Below are positions 1-8,695 of a stretch of 20,000 nt of DNA, in pieces; positions within the stretch are counted from its first letter, which is position 1, and every line of letters begins with the position of its first letter. Under the pieces are notes generated by a model that had not been told where the DNA came from, did no database searches, and saw only the letters and a program-made list of their open reading frames with translations. Position numbers and translations under genes: made by a program. Source of the DNA: Eukaryota sp. GEM-RC1 (taxonomy: Eukaryota); the NCBI GenBank assembly GCA_040285855.1, contig JAUFOQ010000003.1, positions 2,528,326 through 2,548,325 on the forward strand, read 5' to 3'.

Positions 1-1
1 A

Positions 2-1921
2 GAACATTCTTCTCGTCTCAAATCGGTTGAACATCTTCAACGCCAAGAACGCCCCCAATCCTCTAGAAACAACTCCTCCAGAAACCGTAACTTCTCCCGA
101 TCTCCAATCAGATCTCCTAGATCCAATCCTTCTCCTTACCCTGCTACTCCCCGATCTAACTTTTCTTCACCAACTACCCCCAAATTTTCCACTCCACGAT
201 CCAGTCCCAACACTCCTGATAAAAGCTCCATCACCTGCTTCAACTGCAATAAGATCGGGCATTACGCTAACGAATGCCGCTCCTCTCCTGCCAGACGACC
301 ATATAACCCAAGAAATCCGACGATGCTGAAGAACCATAACTTCCGTAATAGAAATACGGCTAAGGTGTCCCAGCCTATCAATGCTCCTAAAGCTCATATT
401 AGCTCTCTTTTATCAGACTCTGATTCTGACAGCCCAAAGTATTCTCGCACCTCCGCTAAAGGCCTCTTCCAGGTCTCCCAGAAATCTCCTCTTCTTGAAC
501 TAGATGTACTAGTGGGCCAAAGAAAAGTCCGTGGCTTAATTGACACAGGGTGCATTAAATCCTGTATTACCTCCGATCTTGTAGACCCCACTCATGGAAC
601 TATTGACAAATCCAAGGTTAGTGAATTCGAAGTAGCCGATGGTCGAATTGTTAGAAGCCTTGGACGCTTTCATACCGAACTTTCACTTCTCATGGGAAAT
701 GAATCCCCTAAGAGAATCCATCTCGAAGTTAAACTTCCTATCCTAGAAGGTTCTAACCAACTATTAATTGGTTGTGATATTTTGAAATGTCTGGGTCTGC
801 TCACTTCCGAAGGCCTCAGTATTAGAATCAATGAAAAGCGCAACACTCTACTTACTGCCGAAGACGACTTCGATCACTTGATCCAGTCGCCCCCCAAAGC
901 TGCTTCTACCAAAGAACCCACTTCTTCCTTTGACGAATGTAGAATTGAACTTCCTCCCTCAACGAAAAAGAAACTTTTAGAACTATTGAAATCTAAAGAA
1001 GACGCTTTTGGACCTCCTCATCCAGACGGAATCGATGCTCCACCTATGTCCCTCGAATACCACGACGAGTCCTCCATTGTGAACAAGCCGCCCAGGAAGA
1101 TCAACCCCGCCAGACTTGAAATAGCTAATGGGATCTTCGATGAATTAACCTCAGCTGGATTTGCCGAAGAAGTCCCTACTGACTGCCCATATGGTAGCCC
1201 AATTGTCCTTGTCACCTATGATGATCATAGAAAACCTCGCTTAACCGGAGATTATTCCGGAGCGGATGGAGTTAACGCAAAATCCGTAAACGTTGAAGCC
1301 AATCTGCCTAGAATTTCTGACATAATAGAATTCCTGAGCAACGCCAACTTCATTGCTACTCTCGACCTGCCCAGAGCTTTTTGGCAGCTCAAAATTCGTG
1401 ATGAAGATTTCAACAAGACAACTTTGAAGATCCCTGGTCGCGCCGTTCGATTTACAAGAGCCGCCTTTGGCCTAAAGAACGTTCCCGCTGTTTTTCAAAA
1501 CACTATGGTTGAAATTTTCAAGAACATTCCCAATGTCTTTATTTATTTAGATGACATCATCATCGCTGCTCAAGATGAAGAATCTTTCCTATTATCTTTG
1601 AAACTCATTTTAGATCAATGTATAGCTCGGAGAGTCAAACTTGGGAAGAAGAAATGCTCTTTTGTCACCAGCGATTCTGAAGTAAAGATCCTGGGAAGCA
1701 TTTTTCAGAAAGGCACTCGACGTATCGACCAAGATAGGATCAATGCAATCTTGGACATCCCAATTCCAACCAACATCCATGAACTCCGAAGTTTCATAGG
1801 ATCCATCAACTACATCAGAGATTGGCTCCCGAACATCTCGTGTCTCCTCAAACCGCTAACAGAACTGCTGAAAAAGATGAGGGAAAGCCAGATTCCCAAT
1901 CACCACCAAAAAAAATTATGA
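2..1921 (+). CDS. Gag-Pol polyprotein, part 1 (gag C-terminus, aspartic protease, reverse transcriptase); 5'-partial
   Basis: The frame is open from position 2 and continuous with ORF 323..1921. CCHC knuckle CFNCNKIGHYANEC at 236-277; protease LIDTG (D at 542); RT motifs LDLPRAFWQL, AFGLKNVP, YLDD (1544-1555), LRSFIGSINY. Confidence 0.93.
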   Translation, partial: EHSSRLKSVEHLQRQERPQSSRNNSSRNRNFSRSPIRSPRSNPSPYPATPRSNFSSPTTPKFSTPRSSPNTPDKSSITCFNCNKIGHYANECRSSPARRPYNPRNPTMLKNHNFRNRNTAKVSQPINAPKAHISSLLSDSDSDSPKYSRTSAKGLFQVSQKSPLLELDVLVGQRKVRGLIDTGCIKSCITSDLVDPTHGTIDKSKVSEFEVADGRIVRSLGRFHTELSLLMGNESPKRIHLEVKLPILEGSNQLLIGCDILKCLGLLTSEGLSIRINEKRNTLLTAEDDFDHLIQSPPKAASTKEPTSSFDECRIELPPSTKKKLLELLKSKEDAFGPPHPDGIDAPPMSLEYHDESSIVNKPPRKINPARLEIANGIFDELTSAGFAEEVPTDCPYGSPIVLVTYDDHRKPRLTGDYSGADGVNAKSVNVEANLPRISDIIEFLSNANFIATLDLPRAFWQLKIRDEDFNKTTLKIPGRAVRFTRAAFGLKNVPAVFQNTMVEIFKNIPNVFIYLDDIIIAAQDEESFLLSLKLILDQCIARRVKLGKKKCSFVTSDSEVKILGSIFQKGTRRIDQDRINAILDIPIPTNIHELRSFIGSINYIRDWLPNISCLLKPLTELLKKMRESQIPNHHQKKL

Positions 1922-2594
1922 AGTCTCAGATAAGAAAACGCTGGACTCCGAAACACACCAAGTGCTTCAAAGATATCAAAGAACTGATAGCTAACTCTAT
2001 TTCACTTGATCTTCCACAACCCAACGAAGCTCTTATTATCTCTACTGATGCCAGTGAATATGCCGTATCTGGAGTTATCTGGAGACAACTCACTCCATCT
2101 GACTCACAGTCTATTTCCAACTTCGCTGATCTCAAGCTTGCCCCAGTGTCCTTTTATTCCAAAACACTTACTGAAAGCCAAAGAATTGGCCTATAATTCA
2201 AAAAGAATTATACGCAATTGTAGCCACTCTTACCCAACCTAATCTCAGCTTCCTTCTCCTCAATCGAAAGTTAAAGCTCTATTGCGACCATAAGAACCTG
2301 GCCTACCTCCTTACTGCCCCCGAGAAATCTAGAATCGTGAAACGCTCGTTGCCAACCCTCTGTGCCCTGGACTTTGAAGTCTTCCACGTGGATGGAGAAT
2401 CCAACTTGTTTGCTGATCTGCTGTCCCGCTTGATCCCGAAAGAAATGCCCGAAGCTGTATTGGCGAAGACTGCTATAAATGCATCTCAGTCATGGCCGAA
2501 GGCAGGATACATGAGTGACTTGGTGTTAGGGCCGGCCCAAGGTTCCTTACCTCGCGATCTCCCCTGCCAGGCGAGCCAAGCTTCGCGCTGCTGA
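1873..2594 (+). CDS. Pol part 2: RT connection and RNase H (frameshifted at about 1871-1915 and about 2185)
   Basis: STDASEYAVSG (D at 2047) and PVSFYSKTL. After restoring 1 nt at 2184-2185 it reads (QRN)WPIIQKELYAIV...YCDHKNL...NLFADLLSR, the Ty3-type RNase H motifs. Confidence 0.88.
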
Positions 2595-2595
2595 G

Positions 2596-4929
2596 TTGGT
2601 GGTCAAGTCATGTCAGCCTAGGGTTGATTCTGAAGGTGATAGAGACACTGTCCGTATTACAAAATTAACTCCAGTTATCCTCGAAGAAGATAAATTCTTG
2701 CCTTGCTTAGTCAAAGGCTGCTCTGGAGTGGTCATTGACCACTGGCTGTCCTCCGACCTCTATTTGCTATGCTGCGAGCAATGCTCCGTCTGCATGTCCC
2801 CTACAGTTTACAACGATGCCGCTCTATTACTGAAATCCGTGAACGAATCACCTACTCAAGATCTCGATAGAAGATGGAAAGAATCCGAAGCCAAGAACCT
2901 AATCTACACTTACGGGTTCAAAATGGAACCTGTGACTCTCCATGGTCCTTTGGCACCTAAGTGCCCTAACTTCTTGGCTCACCCTCCAAACACTGTTAAA
3001 CACTTAACTCCTTTGCACTGCCAGACCATGTTTCTGGAATGCACCAGCTGCAACTTACTGGTCAAAGCTCCTCTCACTAAATTCTGTATCCACCTGGAAC
3101 GAGCTAAACATACTTCAATATCCGCCACTCGTGCTCTCATTCGCCAAGCCTCCACCGAGTACTACGAAGAACTTCATCCCGAAGCTCACCTGCACCTCCA
3201 AGGTTTGGAATTGATTGAAGGCCACGTTGTTCAAGCTGATTCGAGCGAAGACGAACGCCGTCGTGACCAAGATGACCTCCTTGAAACCGGTCAGCCTCGG
3301 TACTATCTTAAATCGCTAAACCCGATCCGTTCCCCAGAGTCCAAGATCCCTAATTTCTCCCCGGAATCCGACTTGAATTTAGAAGACTCCTCCTTCGAGA
3401 TTTCCTCCGACGAAGAACGCGATGTGATCTATCACGCTAAAACCTTTAAACCCCGTGTAGTCAGTTGCACTGAAGACCTGCTCTCAGCCTCCACCGACAC
3501 CGAAGACAGTGAAAACGAACTCTACCGAACGCCTATGAGTTTTCTTACACCCCTTCGTTATCACACTCCCATAACAGTGTGCCAGGAAGAAGCCTCACCT
3601 CCTTTTGTGAACACTCTAGATCCTCGTAAGACCAGAGCCGACGCCTCCAGCGTACTTAGAAGATCACCTGACCCTCTCTTTTATGCCCCAAGTGCATCCC
3701 TATTCCCTCAAACTATGAAGACTCTCAAAGAGTCAAGAGCCGACTGGATGTCCAAGCTCCAAGCCGCTCAGAAATCTAACGAAGATGAAGAATTCGTTAA
3801 GTTAATTGACAACCTTACCGAAGAAGGTCATGTCACCTTGGAAGAAAGACTTGACCTATACCTTTACCGAGGCAAGATTATTGTCCCCCGCAACTTAAGG
3901 AATGAAGTTCTGCTCAACATACACGGCCTCCCTCATTGCGGACACCCTAACTTGTCTTTAAGTTCCAAAGTTCTCGAAACGTCCGACTATTGGTGGCCAG
4001 AAGCCAAACAGGACCTCATAGAACACCTGAAAAGCTGCCCTTCCTGTCAAAAGAATGCCCCTGCTCCCAAGGCCCGCGACATACCCTCTACCGGAAACCT
4101 GATAGCCAATCGACCTTTCGAAAGTCTCCATGTCGACACCATTGGCCCCCTTCCAAAGGACATACAAGGCAACGTCTACGTTGTTGTCTTTGTAGACTCT
4201 TTCTCCCGATTTACAGTCTTGGTTCCTTTAGCTAAACTTAACGCCACAGAAGTAGCTTACGCAATGCTAGAAAAGGTATGTGCTATCTTCGGAGTACCTG
4301 CCGCTGTCCATTCTGATAATGGACCTGAATACGCGAATCACATCTTTGAAGAGCTCTGTGATTTCCTCAATATCTCTATCTCCACTTCTATACCTCACTT
4401 TCACCAGTCCAATGGAGTCGCTGAACGTCGCAACCGTGATGTGCTATTTACACTGAGGAAGCTTCTTGCCGACTTTAATGACTATGATAACTGGTCTGGC
4501 TACTTGCCCATGACCCAACTGCTGATCAATTGTCAAAAGTGCCGTCGCACTGGCTATACTCCTTTTGAGCTAATCTTTGGCACTGAAAGCACCATCGATC
4601 CCAGAAGTCCTCCAACCAAGATTTTGGACAAGCTCACTAACTCTAGGATGCCTGAAAATTCTTGGTTAAGAACTGTGGAAAGCGTCTCTGCATCCCTCAT
4701 CGAAAAGTGGGAGAAGGCAGAGACAAATTCAAATGCACCCATCCTACCTCAAAGCGAAGATGCCCTTCATCAATTTAAAGAAGGATCTTACGCCCTCCGT
4801 ATCTTTGATCGAACTGCCAAGCTGCATAGTCCTTGGAAAGGACCTTATCTTATCACCAAAGTTTACTCTAATCGAAACCACGTCAAGCTCCTTAATCTCT
4901 TGACTGGTGCCGAGACTCTTGCTCCATAG
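2596..4929 (+). CDS. Pol part 3: Cys-rich/acidic insert followed by integrase (HHCC, DDE, GPY/F)
   Basis: IHGLPHCGH...CPSCQK zinc-binding motif; LHVDTIGPLP, HSDNGPEY and NGVAERRNR catalytic motifs; KLHSPWKGPYLI GPY/F motif. The frame is open from 2530. Confidence 0.93.
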   Translation: MVVKSCQPRVDSEGDRDTVRITKLTPVILEEDKFLPCLVKGCSGVVIDHWLSSDLYLLCCEQCSVCMSPTVYNDAALLLKSVNESPTQDLDRRWKESEAKNLIYTYGFKMEPVTLHGPLAPKCPNFLAHPPNTVKHLTPLHCQTMFLECTSCNLLVKAPLTKFCIHLERAKHTSISATRALIRQASTEYYEELHPEAHLHLQGLELIEGHVVQADSSEDERRRDQDDLLETGQPRYYLKSLNPIRSPESKIPNFSPESDLNLEDSSFEISSDEERDVIYHAKTFKPRVVSCTEDLLSASTDTEDSENELYRTPMSFLTPLRYHTPITVCQEEASPPFVNTLDPRKTRADASSVLRRSPDPLFYAPSASLFPQTMKTLKESRADWMSKLQAAQKSNEDEEFVKLIDNLTEEGHVTLEERLDLYLYRGKIIVPRNLRNEVLLNIHGLPHCGHPNLSLSSKVLETSDYWWPEAKQDLIEHLKSCPSCQKNAPAPKARDIPSTGNLIANRPFESLHVDTIGPLPKDIQGNVYVVVFVDSFSRFTVLVPLAKLNATEVAYAMLEKVCAIFGVPAAVHSDNGPEYANHIFEELCDFLNISISTSIPHFHQSNGVAERRNRDVLFTLRKLLADFNDYDNWSGYLPMTQLLINCQKCRRTGYTPFELIFGTESTIDPRSPPTKILDKLTNSRMPENSWLRTVESVSASLIEKWEKAETNSNAPILPQSEDALHQFKEGSYALRIFDRTAKLHSPWKGPYLITKVYSNRNHVKLLNLLTGAETLAP

Positions 4930-5186
4930 TCTCCCTCAAGCCTTTTAATCCTCAATCCACTAATCCTGATTATCTCTCCGCTATCGCTGCTCAAGATCGA
5001 GCCGAACATCTTGTCCAAGAGGTCCAGAAGATTGACACTCAACGTCAACGGGCGCTCGTCCAGTGGGTCGGTGTATCCGAGCCCACCTGGGAACCTCTTG
5101 AAGAGATCCGCAAAACTAAGGCATACTCAGAGTTCATCAAGAACCAGAAGTCCCCTAAACGTTCTTCTCCACGTCAAAAGAAGTAA
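4926..5186 (+). CDS. Integrase C-terminal chromodomain (after a 1-nt frameshift at about 4924-4925; absent from the ORF track)
   Basis: Translation from 4926: IVSLKPFNP...EHLVQEVQKIDTQRQRALVQWVGVSEPTWEPLEEIRKTKAYSEF...SPRQKK*. The LVxW.G....TWEP..E pattern is a chromodomain signature. Confidence 0.85.
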   Translation: MVSLKPFNPQSTNPDYLSAIAAQDRAEHLVQEVQKIDTQRQRALVQWVGVSEPTWEPLEEIRKTKAYSEFIKNQKSPKRSSPRQKK

Positions 5187-5218
5187 CTTATTTCTTTATT
5201 TTCAAAAAAAAAAACACT

Positions 5219-5236
5219 GAAGAAGATGAGAGAAGA
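5219..5236 (+). other. Polypurine tract (plus-strand primer) of the LTR element
   Basis: GAAGAAGATGAGAGAAGA (17/18 purines), 4 nt before the TGTTGA LTR start. Confidence 0.75.
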
Positions 5237-5240
5237 CCAG

Positions 5241-5349
5241 TGTTGATTATCTAGCTTATTTATCTATAGAATTTACTTTTCCTTTTGTCATACATAAACC
5301 TCTATGTCATTTTCAAATCCTAACATTAGTTTAAGAGGCAAAGTCAACA
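5241..5349 (+). repeat. Putative 3' LTR, 109 bp
   Basis: Starts TGTTGA just after the PPT and ends TCAACA, a perfect 6-bp inverted repeat. Homology of the flanking non-LTR ORF stops exactly at 5350. The 5' LTR is not in the window for comparison. Confidence 0.72.
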
Positions 5350-6125
5350 ATCCGTGATAATTTCCTGACAAGATAACCAAGGACCAATCAAATCACCACG
5401 ACTTCTATCAACTTTTGGCTGATCAGAAAGATTAGCAAGTAAAGGTTCAATTTTTCCATGAAAACCATTAGCCTTAAACATATCCAAACATGTATCACGG
5501 ATACTGTTGTGAATAATTGATCTAAAATGAATAAATTGATGACAGTTAACTAAATGATGAAAATTTGAATCCTTTGAACGACCACAAAGACATGGAGAAT
5601 GCTTCAAAAGACCTGAATGCCATAAACCTAACCTTAGTCTCATGTTTATAAGCCATTCATGATCCTTAAGATTAAAACAAAATTTTCTTGGCAAACGAGA
5701 AACAAATGAAGACGCAGAGCTTGAAGAAATATGATTCAAAAAAAGCACCAAAAGCGGGACTCTTAGTCTTAGCCAAGCTAATACGGTTTTTAAAGTCCAA
5801 GCTTTCGTGAAACAAAACAAACTTCTTCTGTAACTTGCGAACACACAAAGGCAAAGAGAAAATGCTTCTCTGCTGAATTTCTGTTACCCCAACAGGAAAT
5901 AACTCTGACCACAAATTGGAGTCAAGACTATCAATTAAATTTTGAAGACTAATTAACCATGTACAAGGTGAGTGAAGTAAAAAATCTTTCGTTTTCCATA
6001 ACACAGGATAACGATTCTGAAATTCAAACAAAAAAATTCTTAAAGGCCCCAAAAGACACCATCACTTAGCTTTCGTGAAACCAATACCACCAAAAGAAGT
6101 AGAAGTGAAACAATGAGAAGGAAGT
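5350..6125 (-). mobile_element. Fragment of an RLE-type (CRE/SLACS-like) non-LTR retrotransposon: post-RT region, CCHC knuckle, start of the restriction-like endonuclease
   Basis: Frameshifted ORFs 5672..6052 and 5344..5844 give SFGGIG, MRLRLG, CLC...HLVNC, IHNSIRD and EP...SRGD...IITD. Confidence 0.8.
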
Positions 6126-6199
6126 GAAGAGTCTTTGTTACCAACCAAAATTGTGCTTAATTGAAATTATTTATGAGAAAAGGGAAATTGACAAGTTAC

Positions 6200-6620
6200 G
6201 TGATCCTCGAATTACAAAGCCACCTTTTACGAGTTTGACACTCGAGACGATCTAGAGCAAACACTCAGACGATGGGCTTTTGAACAAGGTTTTGCTCCTT
6301 TTGATTCCTAAGGTTTTGATTCCTACTGCAAAGGACTTCCGCTTGCTACACAGATCCAATCACTCCTCGCTGCTGATGAGCAGCTTTCTGTCAACAATTT
6401 CCATCCTCAATGGCAATTGGACCCAGAGCCATCTATTGCTGTGTTAGATCCTCCAATTGCTCAAGATCCCCCCTCTTGATACCTCTTCTGAACTGATGTT
6501 TTTTTGGAACAACATTGAGAGTCTTTCCTCCATCCAGAAGGGATTATTGATCCCTAAACTGAAACAGTTGTTATCCGAGCAACAACGACCTGAGAATCCG
6601 AGAAGACAAGATATCCCTCA
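6200..6620 (+). pseudogene. Internally deleted Mutator/FAR1-like transposase relic
   Basis: YEFDTRDDLEQTLRRWAFEQGF (FAR1-like N-terminus) is joined directly to GLPLATQI...NNFHPQWQL (degenerate SWIM-distal motif). No DDE core is visible. Confidence 0.55.
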
Positions 6621-6639
6621 AAGAGCAGTATCCCAATAT

Positions 6640-7240
6640 ATTTATTGTAGATTTTTTATGTTAGAAATATATTGCAATATATTTTTCCGATCCCGATCAA
6701 TATCCTCAAAGTCCAGATTCCTTATCTGGAAATTCTCACCTACCTTGTCCTCATAATGTCTGCCCAGAGATAATAAAGCGCTAGATATAGAAGTCACCAT
6801 ACCTTTAAAGATAGCAAACACAATTCGATTTTTCCAAAATCTAAGATCAAATCTCCTACAGTAGATGTTTTTTCTTTCACAATTTTCACAAATATTTCCA
6901 AATTGATAAATTGAAATTATTGAAGGGGATCTGGTAACATTTTGGATCATTTTGGGGGAAAAATTTTATCCCTATAAATTTTGATTGAGTTTAGCAACAT
7001 CTTTGGAATACAAATCAATTTTACGTTTTTGGCTGTTTCTAGATGAATGAAACCTTTTGAATTTAAACCATCAACATAAGTTTGAGCACATGGATCTACT
7101 GTTGTAACATCAAGGATAATTTGCCTAGAATCAACAAAAGGACCATATATGTCACCTCGACGAGAATTATTAATTAAAAAAGACCCAACATACTAAATTA
7201 AGGTTCAACTTTGGCATGAAATCCATGAGCCTTAAAATAT
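6640..7240 (-). mobile_element. Second, diverged RLE non-LTR fragment (endonuclease C-terminus)
   Basis: Minus strand reads FKAHGFHAKVEP...SRRGDIYGPFVDSRQIILDVTTVDPC...HLETAK..KIDLY, homologous to the 5350-5480 and 12400-12600 segments. It contains stops and frameshifts. Confidence 0.72.
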
Positions 7241-7741
7241 GGCTAAAATATGTACATTATATATTTAATGCAATATTGTTTTCCCACGCCTATTTCCATG
7301 CACATCAATGGAACTCAGACCAAACACATCCAGCAATGGCAGCAGCGGTGGTATCCTGATAACCATTATTTTTGAAACGAGATGGATGAAGTGGAGGTTT
7401 AGTTTTCAATAACATATATTTGTCTACATATTTATAAGTAAGTCATAGAGTCTCTGGGTCGAAGAAGTTCAAATACAGATACATGTAGTCAAAATGTGTA
7501 TGGCAAAAACAGAAAATGTCATACGGGTATGGGCTTATGGACGTATGGGAGTCTATACGTGTATGGCAAACAATGGCACGACACTGTTTTTTCTGTGGCA
7601 CAAAAATTGTTGCCTTGCATAAAACTTCCTCTTCACCTGTTTTTGATGTGCAGTTCTAACTTAGAAAGGTTAGAACTTCTAAGACATCTTTATTGCAACA
7701 CTACAACTTATACTGTACATTCTTTACGCTTATGACCAATT

Positions 7742-8625
7742 TCACCTCCATGTCTTGTAATAATGACCTAATTCATTACTGTTCTTACAAACAGCTTTCT
7801 TTCTCGGAATAGGACTTGATTGCCCAGTAGTATTCGTTTGAATGGGATCTTGCACGTCAGTGTTTGCATGGTCATCAGATGGAGACAGAAGAGGTTCATT
7901 CATTACTTGCAGTGCTTGTTCTAGATATTTTCTAGCTCCTATCTGTTGCACATATATATACATTGTAGGACGCCCAGTTACGATACAAAATGTCGATCAG
8001 ATCTTCTTCATCCTCAGAATCGTCTTCATACCTTTTCTGTAGCAACCACTGCACATGAAATCTTCCAGACTAAGCCATTTCCGCACCTGTAGTAGCTCGT
8101 GAGCACATAGTATACCATACACTCTTCTATGATATCCGTCACAATCAAAATAGTCGATTTGCATCATAAAGATCATTTACTGTTAGATCCCTTATTCCTT
8201 CTTGAAAGAGTATATCACGAGTAATTCTGACACTACAACGAACCACAAAGGTTTTGTAAACTTTAGGTTTTATTTCAGAAGATAAAGACTTGAATTTATG
8301 GGCAGATAAGATGTTAATGTTGGAAGTACCATCACTAAGATATTCCTCGATGTCAAGGCACAATATATTCGGAAAGGACATGAGAGTTGGAAAAACCTGG
8401 TATTACGTGAAGTTCCTTCTTCATCATCACCATCATCGGCAATTCGAGGAGACCCATGAATACAATGGATATACAATCCTCCTGCAATAGTGTTTCTCTT
8501 ACAGAGGCTGTATCCCTGTTCGGCATAAATTATACACATTCTTAGAAGGCGTCATGAATGGAGTCAAAGGGTTTTCTTAAGTCATCAGGAAGGTTGCTGA
8601 TGTCGCAGTAACGTGTATTTGACAT
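7742..8625 (-). pseudogene. Internally deleted Mutator/FAR1-like transposase relic
   Basis: ATG at 8625, then PFDSIHDAF..YAEQGYSL...HCIHG...TRFFQLSCPFRI (FAR1-like DNA-binding domain), DCDGYHRRVYGILCAH..EDFHVQWLL (SWIM) and CKNSNELGHYYKTW (degenerate knuckle). It has stops and frameshifts, and the DDE core is absent. Confidence 0.65.
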
Positions 8626-8695
8626 ATAAAGAGTATGAAGAAGTTTATGCTGCAAGTTTACAAATTCTCTTGTTGAAGTTAAAAATCTTCTCTTC

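Larger units (their letters stand above)
1..5349 (+). mobile_element. Ty3/Gypsy (chromovirus-like) LTR retrotransposon; 5' part lies outside the window
   Basis: Domain order is gag zinc knuckle, PR, RT, RNase H, IN, chromodomain, followed by a polypurine tract and a TG...CA LTR. IN after RH is the Gypsy order. Confidence 0.95.

Noticed and set aside
27..329. 100-aa Pro/Leu-rich ORF
   Set aside because: Alternative frame overlapping the real gag frame, which carries the CCHC knuckle.
2500..2600. Possible HDV-like ribozyme (GGCCGGC...CCTCGC...)
   Set aside because: P1/P3/P1.1 could not be assembled in the required nested order.
5011..5220. 69-aa ORF after integrase
   Set aside because: Wrong frame; the chromodomain is in the frame starting at 4926.
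5241..5325. Alternative 85-bp LTR ending TAACA
   Set aside because: The 5349 end gives a longer perfect inverted repeat and coincides with the break in flanking RLE homology.
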